Notes: a model not told the origin generated them from the sequence alone. DNA of 64,000 nucleotides from Chrysomallon squamiferum (GCA_012295275.1 CM022675.1:7936001-8000000), one strand, 5' to 3'; shown: positions 31,226 through 46,272, numbered from the stretch's first letter. Numbers and translations: made by a program.

Positions 31226-33339
31226 AAGATGTAGTAAAACTTTTATTCTGCATTGGAAACAAGAAAGCCGATCACGTGTCATACGCTGACGTGCACGTGC
31301 ACGTGCAACGTTAGCTTGTCAGGTTATTAATTTAAAACGTACTTCTCGCAGCGTCTTCTGATTAGGCGAACAAACAACGTGGGCCACGACGGCAGCGAAA
31401 CAACGTATATGTGCAAGAGAGGAGAGATTTATCACGCATGCCTTGTTTTCTCGCCCCGAGAGTGATGATTTCCATTAATTTTTTTTTTTGACTCAAATCA
31501 AGATGGTCACATTTTTAACTCGTCGGATCCCGTTTCCTATCCCGAATGTGGCAGGAATTACCGAGCGGGCTGAACGACACGTGTTCGCTGCCTTGATGAG
31601 CCGAATCTCGCGGATTAATGGGGACTTTCAATCTTCAAGCCATGTTACCGGATGCAATGATGTTTACGTACCTCCAGAGACGAGAGTTCGTCACGGGCGG
31701 ATTACGCAAATGTAATGACCGAGCTAGCTTATGTATTCGATAATAAGGCGCATGCACGAACGTGCGTTTAACCTCTACGAGTAAACATGCGGATATAACT
31801 CTTTGTCAATATTCATTCTGGACGTTATTTTTGCACGTACGTATGCGCGCACATGTCTATTATTCTATCTACCTATTCGTTTTGTGTTACCGATGTAAAT
31901 ACTAGTTTGCTTAATTTTTTTTTTTTTTTTTTTTTTCGTTTGAGTTCTTAAATGAGATTTGGCGTTTATGTTTGTTTTTAATTTTAATTAAAATCATTTC
32001 TTTTGTAGTGGGTGGTTTTTTTTTTTTTTTTTTCTTCTTCCTCAATGTTCGTATTAAATGAACAGTTATATTAATAGGTGTATTCAAACAGCGACGGAAA
32101 ATAGCTTATTTGATCAACGTAAATGTCGTCAAGCACATTAACATACACAGATGATTAACATACGTGAACTCCAGCAAGTACACAAACTCACAGGATTACA
32201 GAATCAAATTATACAGTCAAAAATACCTAATCACAAAAAACCACAAAAAACACAAAAAACAGATAAAAATACAAAAAATACCCCAAAACAAAACACATTA
32301 ATACATATAATAACACACTCAGACAACTAGGATTCACACTGTAACACAGCATGCACACGCACTCGCACTCACGCACACGTACTCAATACTATAATATAAC
32401 ACAGAAGAGACTAACGTGTAATATATTCGTTTGCTACTGAGGCAGTGAGTTTACGTAACGACATTTTCTTCTGAGAAGTTAAGACGCTGGGTTTTTATTG
32501 TGCGTGTGCGTGTGTGTGCAATCTCTGGTATTTTTTTCTGCTTGTGTTTGAACCACAGCAGGATCAGATCTGAAGAAAACTAATCACTAAGAAGGCATCA
32601 GCATCAACACGTTGTTGTTGTTGTTATTATTATTATTATTATTATCTTCTTTTTTTTTGTGAAAATTTAAAAAAAAAAAAAAAAAAAAAAATCGAAAATC
32701 CAGAAAAGAATAGATATAGAAAAAAAAAGCTGAGAGAACAATAAAATGTCAAAAGTTCAAAAAAAAAAAAAAAAAAAAAAATATTATTTTCCTTTCACTC
32801 TAATGAATCTCAGTTATCGTCATTGTCGTCATTCCTGTTATGGTCATCGACATCATCGACATCGTCATCGTCATGTTGTTGTTGTTTTTATTATTATTAT
32901 TCTGTGTCACCACTCCTACAGATTTTAAAAAGATTTTCAGAACCATCTCTTGAACGCGTTCACTTAAACTTAAATAAAGGACACATTTGCGACAAACAAT
33001 CAAAATGATTTTCCCATAAAGTTTTATCATAAAATGATTAAGCCATTAACAGGAACACTTAAATCGCCATATTTGATTTATATGTACATTCATCCAATTT
33101 TTTTTTCCACGGTCATTTGTTAATGCTGCATTAATTGCCGTCCATCATACAAATACAAAAAAAACGAGCCAAAGTTGAATGGAAAACAATAAATCAAACT
33201 GGATTGCGAGCGGTTTATGGTTTAGAGTAATGATAATGATATACGTTTATATTCGAGATAAATGGATGTAAACAAAAGATTGCATCTTCATCCCGTTTTT
33301 CGTTTGCAGAACTTCCTTTTAGGTAAACATAATCATCGG

Positions 33340-33465
33340 GTGAGAAATTTCGTGCAATTTAGAAATTTTTTTTTTTTGGGTTTCTTTTGAAGTTACGAGG
33401 TGAAAGACCGAACGAAAAATGAATGCCCGTATGATAAAGAAAATTGCTTGAATTCATTGCAAGTG
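33340..33465 (+). repeat. Degenerate dispersed repeat, copy 2
   Basis: Colinear similarity to 8057-8175. Both copies are followed shortly by GATTTCTCTCTC tracts. Confidence 0.8.
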
Positions 33466-33526
33466 TTAGAAACATTATTGCATCATGATTTCTCTCTCTC
33501 TTTCTCCGTCCCTCCCTTCTCTCCCC

Positions 33527-33566
<40 letters not shown>

Positions 33567-33841
33567 CTCTATATGTGTGTATCTTTATCCTTATATTTGC
33601 ATTTCTCTTTTTCTTGCGCTTAGTTCATCTCTCCTCTATTACTCTATCCGTCCAGCCATCCTCCCGTCAGTGTAACTTGTCCTTCGACCGTGTCTGTCTG
33701 TCTGTCTGTCTTTCCTTCTGTCTATCTGTCTGTCAGTACATCTGTCTAGCTAGCTATATCACTATCTACTCATCTGCTTTTCTCTCGATTGGCTATTCTG
33801 GTCCTGTCCGTATACGTATATGTGTGTGTGTGTATGTGTGC

Positions 33842-33878
<37 letters not shown>

Positions 33879-34087
33879 GATCCTAATCGTTAATCTGTTG
33901 ATAGATTTGTAATCGTATTGCTTGTTATAAATTTGCATCTTACTCCTACTCTGTTTCTAAATCACATTTAACAGACTCAGCGAAACTTTCCCAGATTAAT
34001 CAATCAGCCCTTTTCGCCTTCAAAGACGTTTCAAACTAAGACGTTCTCTACTGTAAGCTTCTTTATCATTTTGTCTGATTTCCTCTA

Positions 34088-34241
<154 letters not shown>

Positions 34242-34503
34242 CTCTCTCTCTGTCTCTTTGTGTGTGTCTCTCTGTCAGTCTTCCCCTCTGTGTCTCTGTC
34301 TCTTTTTAGTCTCCTATCTCTTATAAACGTCTGACAAAATAATTTGAATTGGTTTGTTGGCCAAAAAAGTAAATTCATCTATTTCATTTTTTTTTTTTTT
34401 TTTATATAAAAATCAGAACTGGATAAGATTAATATTATGGATGAGGCTGCTGATGAAGATGATGATGATAATAATAATAATAGATAATAATAGTAACAAT
34501 AAC

Positions 34504-34590
<87 letters not shown>

Positions 34591-34659
34591 GTAATAATAA
34601 TAATAATGAAAATAATAATATTAATAAAAATAGTAGTAGTAGTAGTAATAGCATTAGTA

Positions 34660-34724
<65 letters not shown>

Positions 34725-35273
34725 AAGAAGAAGAAGAAGAAGAAGAAGATGAAGAAGAAGAAGGAGAAGAAAAACAAGAAGAGGAAGAACAAACATACTA
34801 ACACGAGAAGACATTCATACAAACCAGAGAACTGAAAACAGTATTAACTGTCCCGTGAATATTAATCGAACGTATAACGAACATCGATTATTGGATATCA
34901 ACAAAATGCAAGAATTATCATTTTAGCGTGTAACAATGTTTATAAAGTTTTGTTCACTATTTGTGCAGACAGTCTGGTGTTGATTCAGCCATTATTTACA
35001 AACACTGTCTTGTTGTCTTTCGTTTCTCTAAAATATATTTGTATTTCTCTTGCGTAAACCAACACGAATATAACAATTTACCACCGGTGGATCGGTTACA
35101 ATTTGAAGAAATTTTTTTACTTCTTTTTTTTTTTTTTTCTTCAAATCTACAGATTTTGTTTCTTTTAGAAGAAGAAGAAGAAGAAAGAAAGAAGAAAGAA
35201 AAATAAAAAGTAAAAATAAGAGAAACACGTTGCAGACTAAAAGAAAAACAGTAATAGTAATAGTTAGTGAATT

Positions 35274-35423
35274 GAGTCAACACAAACTCGGGCCGTGTTA
35301 ACACAAGAAGTCACAGTGGCTTGATTTGTGTGTTTTTGCCAATCTAAGGAGCCGCGGTTGTTAACTTATGGATTTTATAGGAACTGGCGGGCACAGATTT
35401 TCGTTCTGTTACTAATACCGACA
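35274..35423 (+). repeat. 150-bp exact duplicate, copy 1
   Basis: Base-for-base identical on reading to 38566-38715 (offset 3292). Followed by diverged similarity and an (AAAATT)n tract. Confidence 0.93.
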
Positions 35424-35482
35424 GCGTCATTATAAACACATTTTAGAACTGACAGTATCTAAATTACCAACATTAAGTCTAC

Positions 35483-35920
35483 AATTAAAATTAAAATTAA
35501 AATTAAAATTAAAATGTAAAATTAAAAATTATAAATAAAATAAATTAAAATTAAAATTAAAATTAAAATTAAAATGTAAATTAAAATTAAAATGTAAATT
35601 AAAATTAAAATGTAAATTAAAATTAAAATTAAAATGTAAAATTGAAATTGAAATTAAAATTAAAATTAAAATTAAAATTAAAATTAAAATTAAAATGTAA
35701 AATTGAAATTAAAATTAAAATTAAAATTAAAATTAAAATTAAAATGTAAATTAAAATTAAAATTAAAATTAAAATTAAAATTAAAATGTAAAATTGAAAT
35801 TGAAATTAAAATTGAAATTAAAATTGAAATTAAAATTAAAATTAAAATTAAATTAAAATTAAAATTAAAATTAAAATTGAAACTAAAATTAAAATTAAAA
35901 TAAAAACAAAAATAAAAATT
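35483..35920. repeat. (AAAATT)n hexanucleotide array
   Basis: Direct reading; interspersed AAATGT and GAAATT variants. Confidence 0.95.
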
Positions 35921-36980
35921 AATATCTCTCTTAGTGTTAATAATATAGTAGAAGTAACAGCCATAATATAATCACCACTACTGATTCTACTACTACTACA
36001 TCACTGTTACTGCTACTGCTGCTTCTCATACTACTACAACTACTACCATACTACTACAACTACTATTACTATATTACTACTATTAGGCTAATGCTACCAT
36101 AAAACTAGTAGCAGCAGCTATGGTAATGTAGTAGTAGCAGTAATAGTAGTAGTAGTAGTCGTAATAGTAGTAGTAGTAGTAGTAGTAGCAGTAGTAGTAG
36201 TAGTAGTAGTAGTAGTAGGAGCAGTAGTAGTAGCAAGAACAGTTTGGTAATAGCATTGGTAGCATAATATTAGTTGTAGATTTAGTAACAACAATTTATT
36301 TTATCTTTTCACTGACGTTTTTTCTTTATTTCTAAATATCTTCTTTCCTTTGGTGTTTAATATTATCGTATTTATTTTTTTTTTTATTTTTTTTTTTTTT
36401 TTTTTCCAAGCCACTAAACAAGGACTGAAGCTGCCTGTAAAGTGTAGACAGTTTATAAGATGGAAAATGTTATGCTACAGTTGTATTTCTTCGAAATCGT
36501 GCTCCGTGAACACAGTTCTAGAGACATCATCATGATGAGCTTCAGAAGTGAGATTGCTGTCTCCTGTGAGTATTATTTTACTCCGCGGCCGGTGTTTGTC
36601 GAACCAGATGAAAATTTTAGATTTATGCCACGCTGGAGATTGTGTTGCTGCTAATGTGTGTTGCGTAAAATTATGCGCTCCGTGTCTGGCTTGATTCGAG
36701 AGGTTTGATGACTTAACTGTTAGGCGTTAGGAAAATGTCTGAATTAATTACTAATAATTTGCTGGGTTTTTATGGGTTATTTTTTTTTTTTTTTTTGAAT
36801 GTTTACGTTTATGTTTTGTTTTTGCTTTTTTAAATTAATAGTAACGGTAGAGACAGAGAGAGAAATAAAAGAGAGTGACCTTCTGAGTGAAATACAGACA
36901 GGTTGACAGAGACAGAGAATAACAGACTGATAGATCATAAGAGAGAGACAAAGAGAGAGAAGGAGGGAGGGAGGGAGGGG

Positions 36981-37060
<80 letters not shown>

Positions 37061-37751
37061 AAAAGAGAAAAACACAGAGATCAATAGAGTGAAAAGAGGA
37101 AAGGATTGAAAAGATAAAGAAATATTAAAACACAAAATAAAATCAACAGAAAAAAACTACAAAAATTCCTACAAACTCCATGAAATAAAACAACAAAGAG
37201 AAAGAAAAACAAACAAAAGAAAGAACGAACGAACGAAAGAAAGAACGAAAAACAACAGGAGAACAACAATCAGCGCATAGCATAAGAATTTTTTTAATTT
37301 TATTTTTCACCCGACATTTTATAAGTCAAATCAATCATCCGACCCAAGCATATTTTCACTTGAAAGCTCAAGTACGCCTATCTGGATGTCACTAACCCGC
37401 AGTACGCTGCTTAAATATATTAAAGACTCTACTATGTCTAGTGCATATGGCGAATGGATTTTGCTGTCACGGTAATGACACAGATCTCAATAAGAAACGC
37501 TAACTAAACGCTTCGGACCCCTCTGCCTTTGCCATGGATAATTCTAGAATCTTGACGACACGGGCTGGTCCATGGAAGAGCAATAGAAATTCATGTTTCT
37601 TCCAATTATAAGGAAATACATGACACTTGCCCGAGTTACTGAGTGGCAAACGAAGTTGGAGTAAATTGAATTTCGTTGAAAAAGACTCGCCATTCGACAC
37701 AATGGCTGTGTACATGATTTGTCACTTTCAGCGGTGCATCGGAAAGGTTTC

Positions 37752-38070
37752 GATGATAATGGTTCTGCACTAGAGAACGTCGACTCTCCTTAGAATTCAT
37801 GCATGGACTGGACAGAAAAGAAAAAAAGAAAAAGAGAAAAGAAAGGAAGGTGCAAGATTGGAAAAAAAGAAAGAAAGAATGAAAGAAAGAATAGAAGAAA
37901 GAAAGGAATAGATGATAATGATTTTGCACGTGAAAACGTCACCTCTCGTTAGAATTCATGTCTCGACTGGAAAAAAAAAAAAAAAAAAGAAAGGAAGGTG
38001 CAAGAATGGAAAAAAAGAAAGAAAGAAAGAATGAATGAAAAATAGGAATAGATGATAATGGTTTTGATTA
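37752..38070. repeat. ~140-160-bp tandem duplication, 2+ copies
   Basis: GATGATAATG...TTAGAATTCATG...GACTGG...GAAAGGAAGGTGCAAGA recurs at 37752 and 37912, with a partial third copy at 38052. Confidence 0.85.
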
Positions 38071-38565
38071 AGAAAATAAAAAAAGAGAAGAAACGAAGGC
38101 TGGAGAAATGGAAGAAGGAAAGAAATGGAAGAAAAGAAAGAAAGAAAGAAAGAAAGAAAAACAATAGCTGATAAATGGTCTTGACGTTGTTGTTGTTGTT
38201 TCTGTTGTTATTATTATTATTTGGTGTCGTAGAAGTAGTAGTAGAGTAATAATATTGTTATTATTATTATTATTATTATTTGTAATAATAATCAACAAAA
38301 AATAATAATAAAATAAATAAATAAGCACACAAACAAAAAAATAAATAAATAAATCAAAAAATAAATAAAACAAAATAAATAAATAAGCAAACAAACAAAC
38401 AAACAAACAAATAAACACATAAATAACTGAAAAATAAAGCGTGAATTCTTCACCGAGACAGTCGCAGTAAATTAAAAGAAGCTAAAAGCAGCAGTAATTT
38501 TGCTTCTGTTATCTTCACAACGAACAGAACTTGTTCTAACAAGCCAAACATTGACCTTTGACACC

Positions 38566-38715
38566 GAGTCAACACAAACTCGGGCCGTGTTAACACAAGA
38601 AGTCACAGTGGCTTGATTTGTGTGTTTTTGCCAATCTAAGGAGCCGCGGTTGTTAACTTATGGATTTTATAGGAACTGGCGGGCACAGATTTTCGTTCTG
38701 TTACTAATACCGACA
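38566..38715 (+). repeat. 150-bp exact duplicate, copy 2
   Basis: Identical to 35274-35423. Followed by (AAAAAT/AAAATT/AGAATC/AAAACC)n hexamer tracts. Confidence 0.93.
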
Positions 38716-39688
38716 TTGTCATTACAAACAAATTTTAGTAGTAGAACTAACAGAATATAAATTGTCAACTCTAAAATTAAAAATAAAAATAAAAATAAAA
38801 ATAAAAATAAAAATAAAAATAAAAATAAAAATAAAAATAAAATTAAAATTAAAATTAAAATTAAAATTAAAAATTAAAAATTAAAATTAAACCAAAACCA
38901 AAACCAAAATCAGAATCAGAATCAGAATCAGAATCAGAATTAAAATTAAAATTAAAATTAAAATTAAAATTAAAATAAAACCGAAACCAAAACCAAAACC
39001 AAAACCAAAATCAGAATCAGAATCAGAATCAAAATTAAATATTAAAATTAAAATTAAACCAAAACCATGAACCAAAACCAAAACCAAACCAAAACCAAAA
39101 TGCAGAACCAGAATCAGAATCAGAATCAAAATTAAAATTAAAATTAAAACTAACACAAATACTAAGATTATCACTAGCACCAGTGCAGCTATTAAAATTA
39201 ACACGAACGCAAATACTAACACTAATACTACTACTATTCATAATAACACCATCAACAGTAAAATTAATATTAACACATACAATAACACTAACACTAGTAC
39301 TAACACTGAATCTAGCTCTAGCAGCAATATCAGTTATACTAAAGCTAAGATTAACAATAACACCAACATATCAGTAAAGACGATCACAAAAAATCTACAA
39401 ACGACTCTTGTACTTTAATAATGTCCAACAGATAAGCTCTTCAATCTCTGTAAGGTCGAAACTTTTTTTCTGCTGATTAAAATTTATGTTACGTTCCTGT
39501 CATCGCTAATCCCTCTGTGTTTTTTAAATATTTTAATTTATTTTCCTGTTCTATGATTAAAGAATTTGGTGACATGAATCACTGTCAAAGATCTTAAGGT
39601 GATTCTTAATAATTAGCCTATGGCTTCAGAGTCAAAAAAAAAAAGTTTAATTTTTTAATAAGTTTGAAAAAAATAAAATAATAACGAT

Positions 39689-39781
<93 letters not shown>

Positions 39782-39835
39782 AAGAAGATGAAGATGAAGA
39801 AGAAAAACAACAATGACTGAATGTTGTATCTTATA

Positions 39836-39876
<41 letters not shown>

Positions 39877-40129
39877 TATTGTTATTTTAATTATTATTAT
39901 TATTATTATTGTCGTTATTGTTATTATTATTATTATAGTTATTATTATTGTATTTATTATCTTTATTATCTACTTTCTTTTCATTCCTGTTCATGAGCAT
40001 CATCTTCTTCTTTTCACTGTCACACATGTGTGGTATCGGACACTCAATAGCATGCCTCTCTCTGCTCTGTGTACAATGTAGCCACGTTCTAACATAGCAC
40101 GTGATCGATATATACAGTGCGATAGTTTG

Positions 40130-40235
<106 letters not shown>

Positions 40236-40276
40236 GTGATCGATATATATATATGTCCCTGTATCTGTCTAGTTTG

Positions 40277-40380
<104 letters not shown>

Positions 40381-40406
40381 TTCTTTTCTTTCTTTCTTTC
40401 TTTGTC

Positions 40407-40508
<102 letters not shown>

Positions 40509-40510
40509 CT

Positions 40511-40622
<112 letters not shown>

Positions 40623-41865
40623 TTTGTCTCTGCAATTTATAGCGAGTCAGAGAAATCGTTAACTTTACCATTAACTTGTCTCTTCTCTCACTTTCTATCT
40701 CTCTCTCTCTCTTTCTTTCTCACTGCTTCATTCATCCTTTTTCACTCTCCCAGTCCTTTGGGAACATATCAGATGTCGTGATGCAACAAAAAAATGGTGC
40801 TCGAGTTTTGACAATGAAACTGTGAAACTGAATCCTGGTTGGAAAATTATTAACAGATTTAAACCCCATTATCAGGTCGATGTGATATGTATATCGATAG
40901 TGTCCCTCTTTTCTAGTTAGAGAAAATCAAAGTTTCACATTAATTCTTTCACACGCCAATAGATTTCTGAATGAATGGATATTGGTGTAGAAAACTGAGG
41001 CATAGATTTCTTTTCAGTGGATAATTATACATTATACATTATATATACATATATATATATATAGGGTATCTACAGGGTATGAATGCTTGGATATATATAC
41101 ATGATTAAGTATAAATCAACATTTCTAGAATTTCTTTTACTTTTGATAGAGTTTTATAAATTACGAACATTATAGATACAGACTGAAATATATCTACAAA
41201 ATAAAACAAAGTAAATCACACAGAGAAAAAAGCAACCCCGAAACTCAATAAAAACAAAAACCAACTGAACAAAATTAATAAAAATAAAATAAAATATAAT
41301 AAAACAAAATAAATAAATAAATAAATAAATAAAAAAAAGAAAGAAAGAAAAAAAAAAAAAACAAACAAACAAAAAAAAAAAAAACAAAAACAAAAACAAA
41401 ACAACCCACAAATCAGTATAACAGTTCTAAACACCCACACTACCCAAACATCAAAACTGAACAAAGAAAATAAAGGTTATCACTATAAATACAACACAAA
41501 CCCCCTCAAAAGTATCAAACATAAAGAAACAAAATCGAGACAATCACTCCAAACACGCAAAACGAAAGTACGCAGATACGAAAACATTAATTTTTACAGC
41601 TATTCTTGCCCAGCAGATATGAACGCAGTCTCATGATTACAAAACTGATTTCACATTTACGACATCCCCCGAGAGAAAAGCCATGTGCAGTGTGTGTGTA
41701 TCTCTTACTTACGACTCCCATTCTGTTGACGTTCGGGCAGGAAAATCTCAAAACGCATCTGTCCTGTACATAACGTTGGACAAAATAAGATAAACGTGAA
41801 TCCTTGAACGGCTGCGTATCAAATATACGAGTCCCTTACACCTTTTATGAAATATCCCAGTTTTC

Positions 41866-42100
41866 TTGTTCAGCTTTAATACGTTGGTTTCTTTCGTCTA
41901 GTTCAGTTAGTATTGTTACTACTGTTACTACTGCTACTGCTACTACTACTACGACGACTTCTACTATGCTGCTGCTGCTGCTTGCTTGTTCAGCTTTATA
42001 TGTCGGTTTCTTTCGTCTAGTTCAGTTAGTATTGTTACTACTGTTACTACTGCTACTACTGCTACTACTACTACGACTTTTACTATTGCTGCTGCTGCTG
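41866..42100. repeat. Two-copy ~120-bp tandem duplication running into (TAC)n
   Basis: TTGTTCAGCTTTA...GGTTTCTTTCGTCTAGTTCAGTTAGTATTGTTACTACTG occurs twice. Confidence 0.85.
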
Positions 42101-42230
42101 CTAGTACTGCTGTTACTATTACTACAACTATTACCGCTAGTTCTAGTGGTTCTACTACCACTACTGAGTACCAGTTTTTTCTACAATTATTGCTACTACT
42201 ATAACTACTACTACAACTACTACAACTACC

Positions 42231-42497
42231 CAGCGGCGTGCAGAGGTCTTGTGATGCCTGGGGCCAACTCCTTGATTGTTTGCCCCAAAGACTCAAGTTT
42301 AAGGCCAAGTACTGAGAAATATTATGAGAAAGGAAGACATTTTGAATACGTAAACACAGATGTAACATAAAATAACCACTTTATTTAATTTCAGTATAAA
42401 TCAACCAAATTTATTTAGTTCTTTTCTCTGATTGGATGTCCCCCCATTTCAATGCCCGGGGCCACCACCCCCTCGGTACCCCCTCTGCACGCCATTG
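42231..42497. mobile_element. hAT-like MITE, 267 bp
   Basis: TIRs CAGCGGCGTGCAGAGG / CCTCTGCACGCCATTG (16 bp, 2 mismatches), GC-rich subterminal repeats (ATGCCYGGGGCCA twice), degenerate 8-bp flanks CAACTACC / CTATTATC (5/8). Confidence 0.7.
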
Positions 42498-42606
42498 CTA
42501 TTATCACCTCAAATGAAATTTCGATTTTATGCAAAACTTTTAAAACTAAAACTAAATTATGTTTGACGAACATTCTACTAAACTATTTATTACTACTGTT
42601 AAATAA

Positions 42607-42637
<31 letters not shown>

Positions 42638-44565
42638 TTCTTATTTTAAAACAAAATATCTTTGATTCTATCTATCTATCGATCTATCTATCTATCTATC
42701 TATATTATTTTTCATAACACTATATCAATCCAACACTTATCAAACATCAGTATAAGTTAATTTGAAATCCAGTGATAAATTAATCTATTCTGTGTTTACC
42801 TGACTGTCTGGTCTATAAAATAAACACAATACCCTCCTATCTTCATCACCTTGTTTACGTGAGAAAAATTCTAACTAATTATTGTCTGGACTGACGATTA
42901 TGATCCGAGTAGAAGGATGAAAAGGTGATACTGATCACGAAGATAGAGAAAAGAATAATGAACAAGTAGAAGAAGAAGAAAAAAGCTTACGAGAAAAAAG
43001 TACAAAAAAACAAAAAACAAAAAAAAAAGTTAAAAACGGAGAGAAAATATGATAAAAAATGATAAAAAAGAAAATAAGAGAGAAAAAAGAAATGTGGAAG
43101 AAAAAAAAAAAAAAAAAGAAGAAGAAAGTAAAGAAGAAGTGAGAAATTGAAGAACAAAAGAAAGAAAAGAAGAAGAAAGTAAAGAAGAAAAGAGAAATTA
43201 AAGAAGAAAAGGAAGAAAAGTAGAAGATAAGGTAAGGAAGAAAACATAAAATTAAAGAATAAGAAACACAGAAGAAGAAAAAAGAATAAGAAGAAAAAAA
43301 AAAAAAAAGAAGAAGAACAAAGAAGAAAAAACGAAAAAAAATTTCAAAGAATGCAAAAGGAAAATAAAAACGGCAACATTTTCACGACTAGACTCTCAAA
43401 CCTATCAGACTGTAGCGAGACAGTACACTAAATTCTCGCCGAATATCTTCGTCGAAACTCACTTGACGTTTAAAACTAACCATGGGAACATATCTGCCTG
43501 CAGTTAAGCCGATCTGCAAACAGAAGATTTAAAATCACTGATCGATGATAACCCGTGATCGAATACACGGAAATAACTGATCACTTTTATCTGTATGACA
43601 AAGCAATGGCGATTTGATAACATTAACAAAAGTCATCTGAAAATGCTCATTTCTCTGTTTTAACTCTTTGTTTTGCCTCGTGATATATTGCCACCGCTTA
43701 GTGGAAGACAAATTTGAAAATTGTTTTATCTGCTTGTTAATTATAGTTTTGAACTGTCTCTGCGAAATGTTTTTGATTGTCTGTATATCTCCATTTGTCA
43801 CTTCGAAAACTACCATCATCTCTAGATATACTAAGTTTGTCCCCTTCTGTCTGTCTGTCTGTACTGAAAATGTATCAGACTGTATCATCATTTGTCTGTA
43901 CCCAAAATGTATCAGACTGTATCATCATTTGTCTGTAGAGAATATATCACCTGAAATACAAATATGTCACAATTCACCATTGGTGTCTGTGGAAATTGTA
44001 GAATCATTTTATTTTATCATTTTTGTAAACAATAATTAATTTTCAATTCAAACCCAGATCTTTTTATTTTTATTATTATTACTGTTATTATTATTATCTT
44101 TATTATCATACTACTACTGCTGCTACTATTACTACTATTATTACTACTACCACCACCATAAATATTACTGCTTCTGCAGGAACAACGATAGCAACAACAA
44201 CAACAACAGCAATAGAGCTACTACTATTACTTGTACAAAAAAATCAACGACAGCAAAACTACTACTACTACTATTACTGTTACTACTGCTTTTACTATTA
44301 CTACTATTTTATTTTTATTTTACTACTGCTACTACTACTAAAACAATGATAGTACTACTACTACCATTTCTAGTAAAATTACTTTTATGGCCATTACTAC
44401 TACCACTACCACTACCACTACTGCTAGTACTTCTGCTACTACTGCTACTACTACTACTATTACTGTTACTTCTGCTACTACTACTGCTGCTACTGCTACT
44501 ACTACTACTACTACTATTGTTACTACTACTACTGCTACTACTGCTACTACTATTACTGTTACTGT

Positions 44566-44596
<31 letters not shown>

Positions 44597-44690
44597 GCTA
44601 CTACTACTGTTCCCCCTGCTACTACTACTACTACTACTAGTACTACTACTACTGTTACTACAACTACTACTACTACTACTACTACTACTA

Positions 44691-44794
44691 CGACAGATGA
44701 ATGAAAAGACGAATGTACGCACACGCGTACGATGCTAACTAGAAATGAAATTAACGTCACACGTTTTGTTGTGTGACAGACACAGGAGATGACA

Positions 44795-44848
<54 letters not shown>

Positions 44849-44931
44849 ATCGACAGATGAATGAAAAGACGAATGAACGCACATGCGTACGAAATTAACG
44901 TTTTGTTGTGTGACAGACACAGGAGATGTCA

Positions 44932-44978
<47 letters not shown>

Positions 44979-45292
44979 CCATCGACAGATGAATGAAAAG
45001 ACGAATGAACGCACACGCGTACGATGCTAACTAGAAATGAAATTAACGTCACACGTTTTGTTGTGTGACAGACACAGGAGATGTCACACTACTACTACTA
45101 CTACTACTACTATTACTGTTACTGTTACTACTACTGCTACTACTACTACTACTACTACTGCTACTACTACTACTACTACTGCTCCCATCGACAGATGAAT
45201 GAAAAGACGAATGAACGCACACGCGTACGATGCTAACTAGAAATGAAATTAACGTCACACGTTTTGTTGTGTGACAGACACAGGAGATGTCA

Positions 45293-45345
<53 letters not shown>

Positions 45346-45456
45346 CCATCGACAGATGAATGAAAAGACGAATGAACGCACACGCGTACGATGCTAACTA
45401 GAAATGAAATTAACGTCACACGTTTTGTTGTGTGACAGACACAGGAGATGTCACAC
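44691..45456. repeat. Compound array: five 107-bp cores separated by variable (TAC)n tracts
   Basis: Cores at 44691-44797, 44851-44934 (internally deleted), 44983-45089, 45189-45295 and 45350-45456. Spacers of 53, 48, 99 and 54 bp. Confidence 0.95.
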
Positions 45457-45663
45457 AGCTCAAACCTCGCAATTACCAGCCAGCGTGCACGGAATCGTAG
45501 AACTCAAACTAACACAATTACAAGTGAGAGCTCAAATTATTAATCTGTGCATTCCCGTGTCCGTACAGCGGAATAAGTTGAAGAAATAAACGTGATATTA
45601 GTAGTAGTAGTAATAATAATAATAATAATAACAATAATAATAATATTAATAGTAGTAGTAGTA

Positions 45664-45696
<33 letters not shown>

Positions 45697-45711
45697 GTAG
45701 TAGTAGTAGTA

Positions 45712-45767
<56 letters not shown>

Positions 45768-45944
45768 AGTAGTAGTAGTAGTAATAATAATAATAATCAC
45801 AATAATAATAATAATAGTAATAATCAGAACAATAATAATAATAACAATAATAATAATAATAATAATAATACAATAACAATAATATTTATATTGATGACGA
45901 TGATTGTTATTATTATTATATTATTGTTATTATTATTATTATTA

Positions 45945-45999
<55 letters not shown>

Positions 46000-46189
46000 T
46001 CTGTTATATTATTAATTTCTGGATCCCATGTTTTCAGATGTCAATTAATTAAATACTAATAAGGATGGACTGATGGATATGACTGTATATGTATGTAAGT
46101 ATATATCTGTGTATTTGTGACTCCATATCTTTATCTATATTTATTTATTATACACACTATCGCACTTACATTCAGAGAGAAACAGAAAT

Positions 46190-46272
<83 letters not shown>

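Noticed and set aside
44691-45456. CRISPR-like repeat/spacer appearance
   Set aside because: Units are 107 bp, the spacers are (TAC)n microsatellite rather than unique sequence, the context is eukaryotic, and there are no cas genes.
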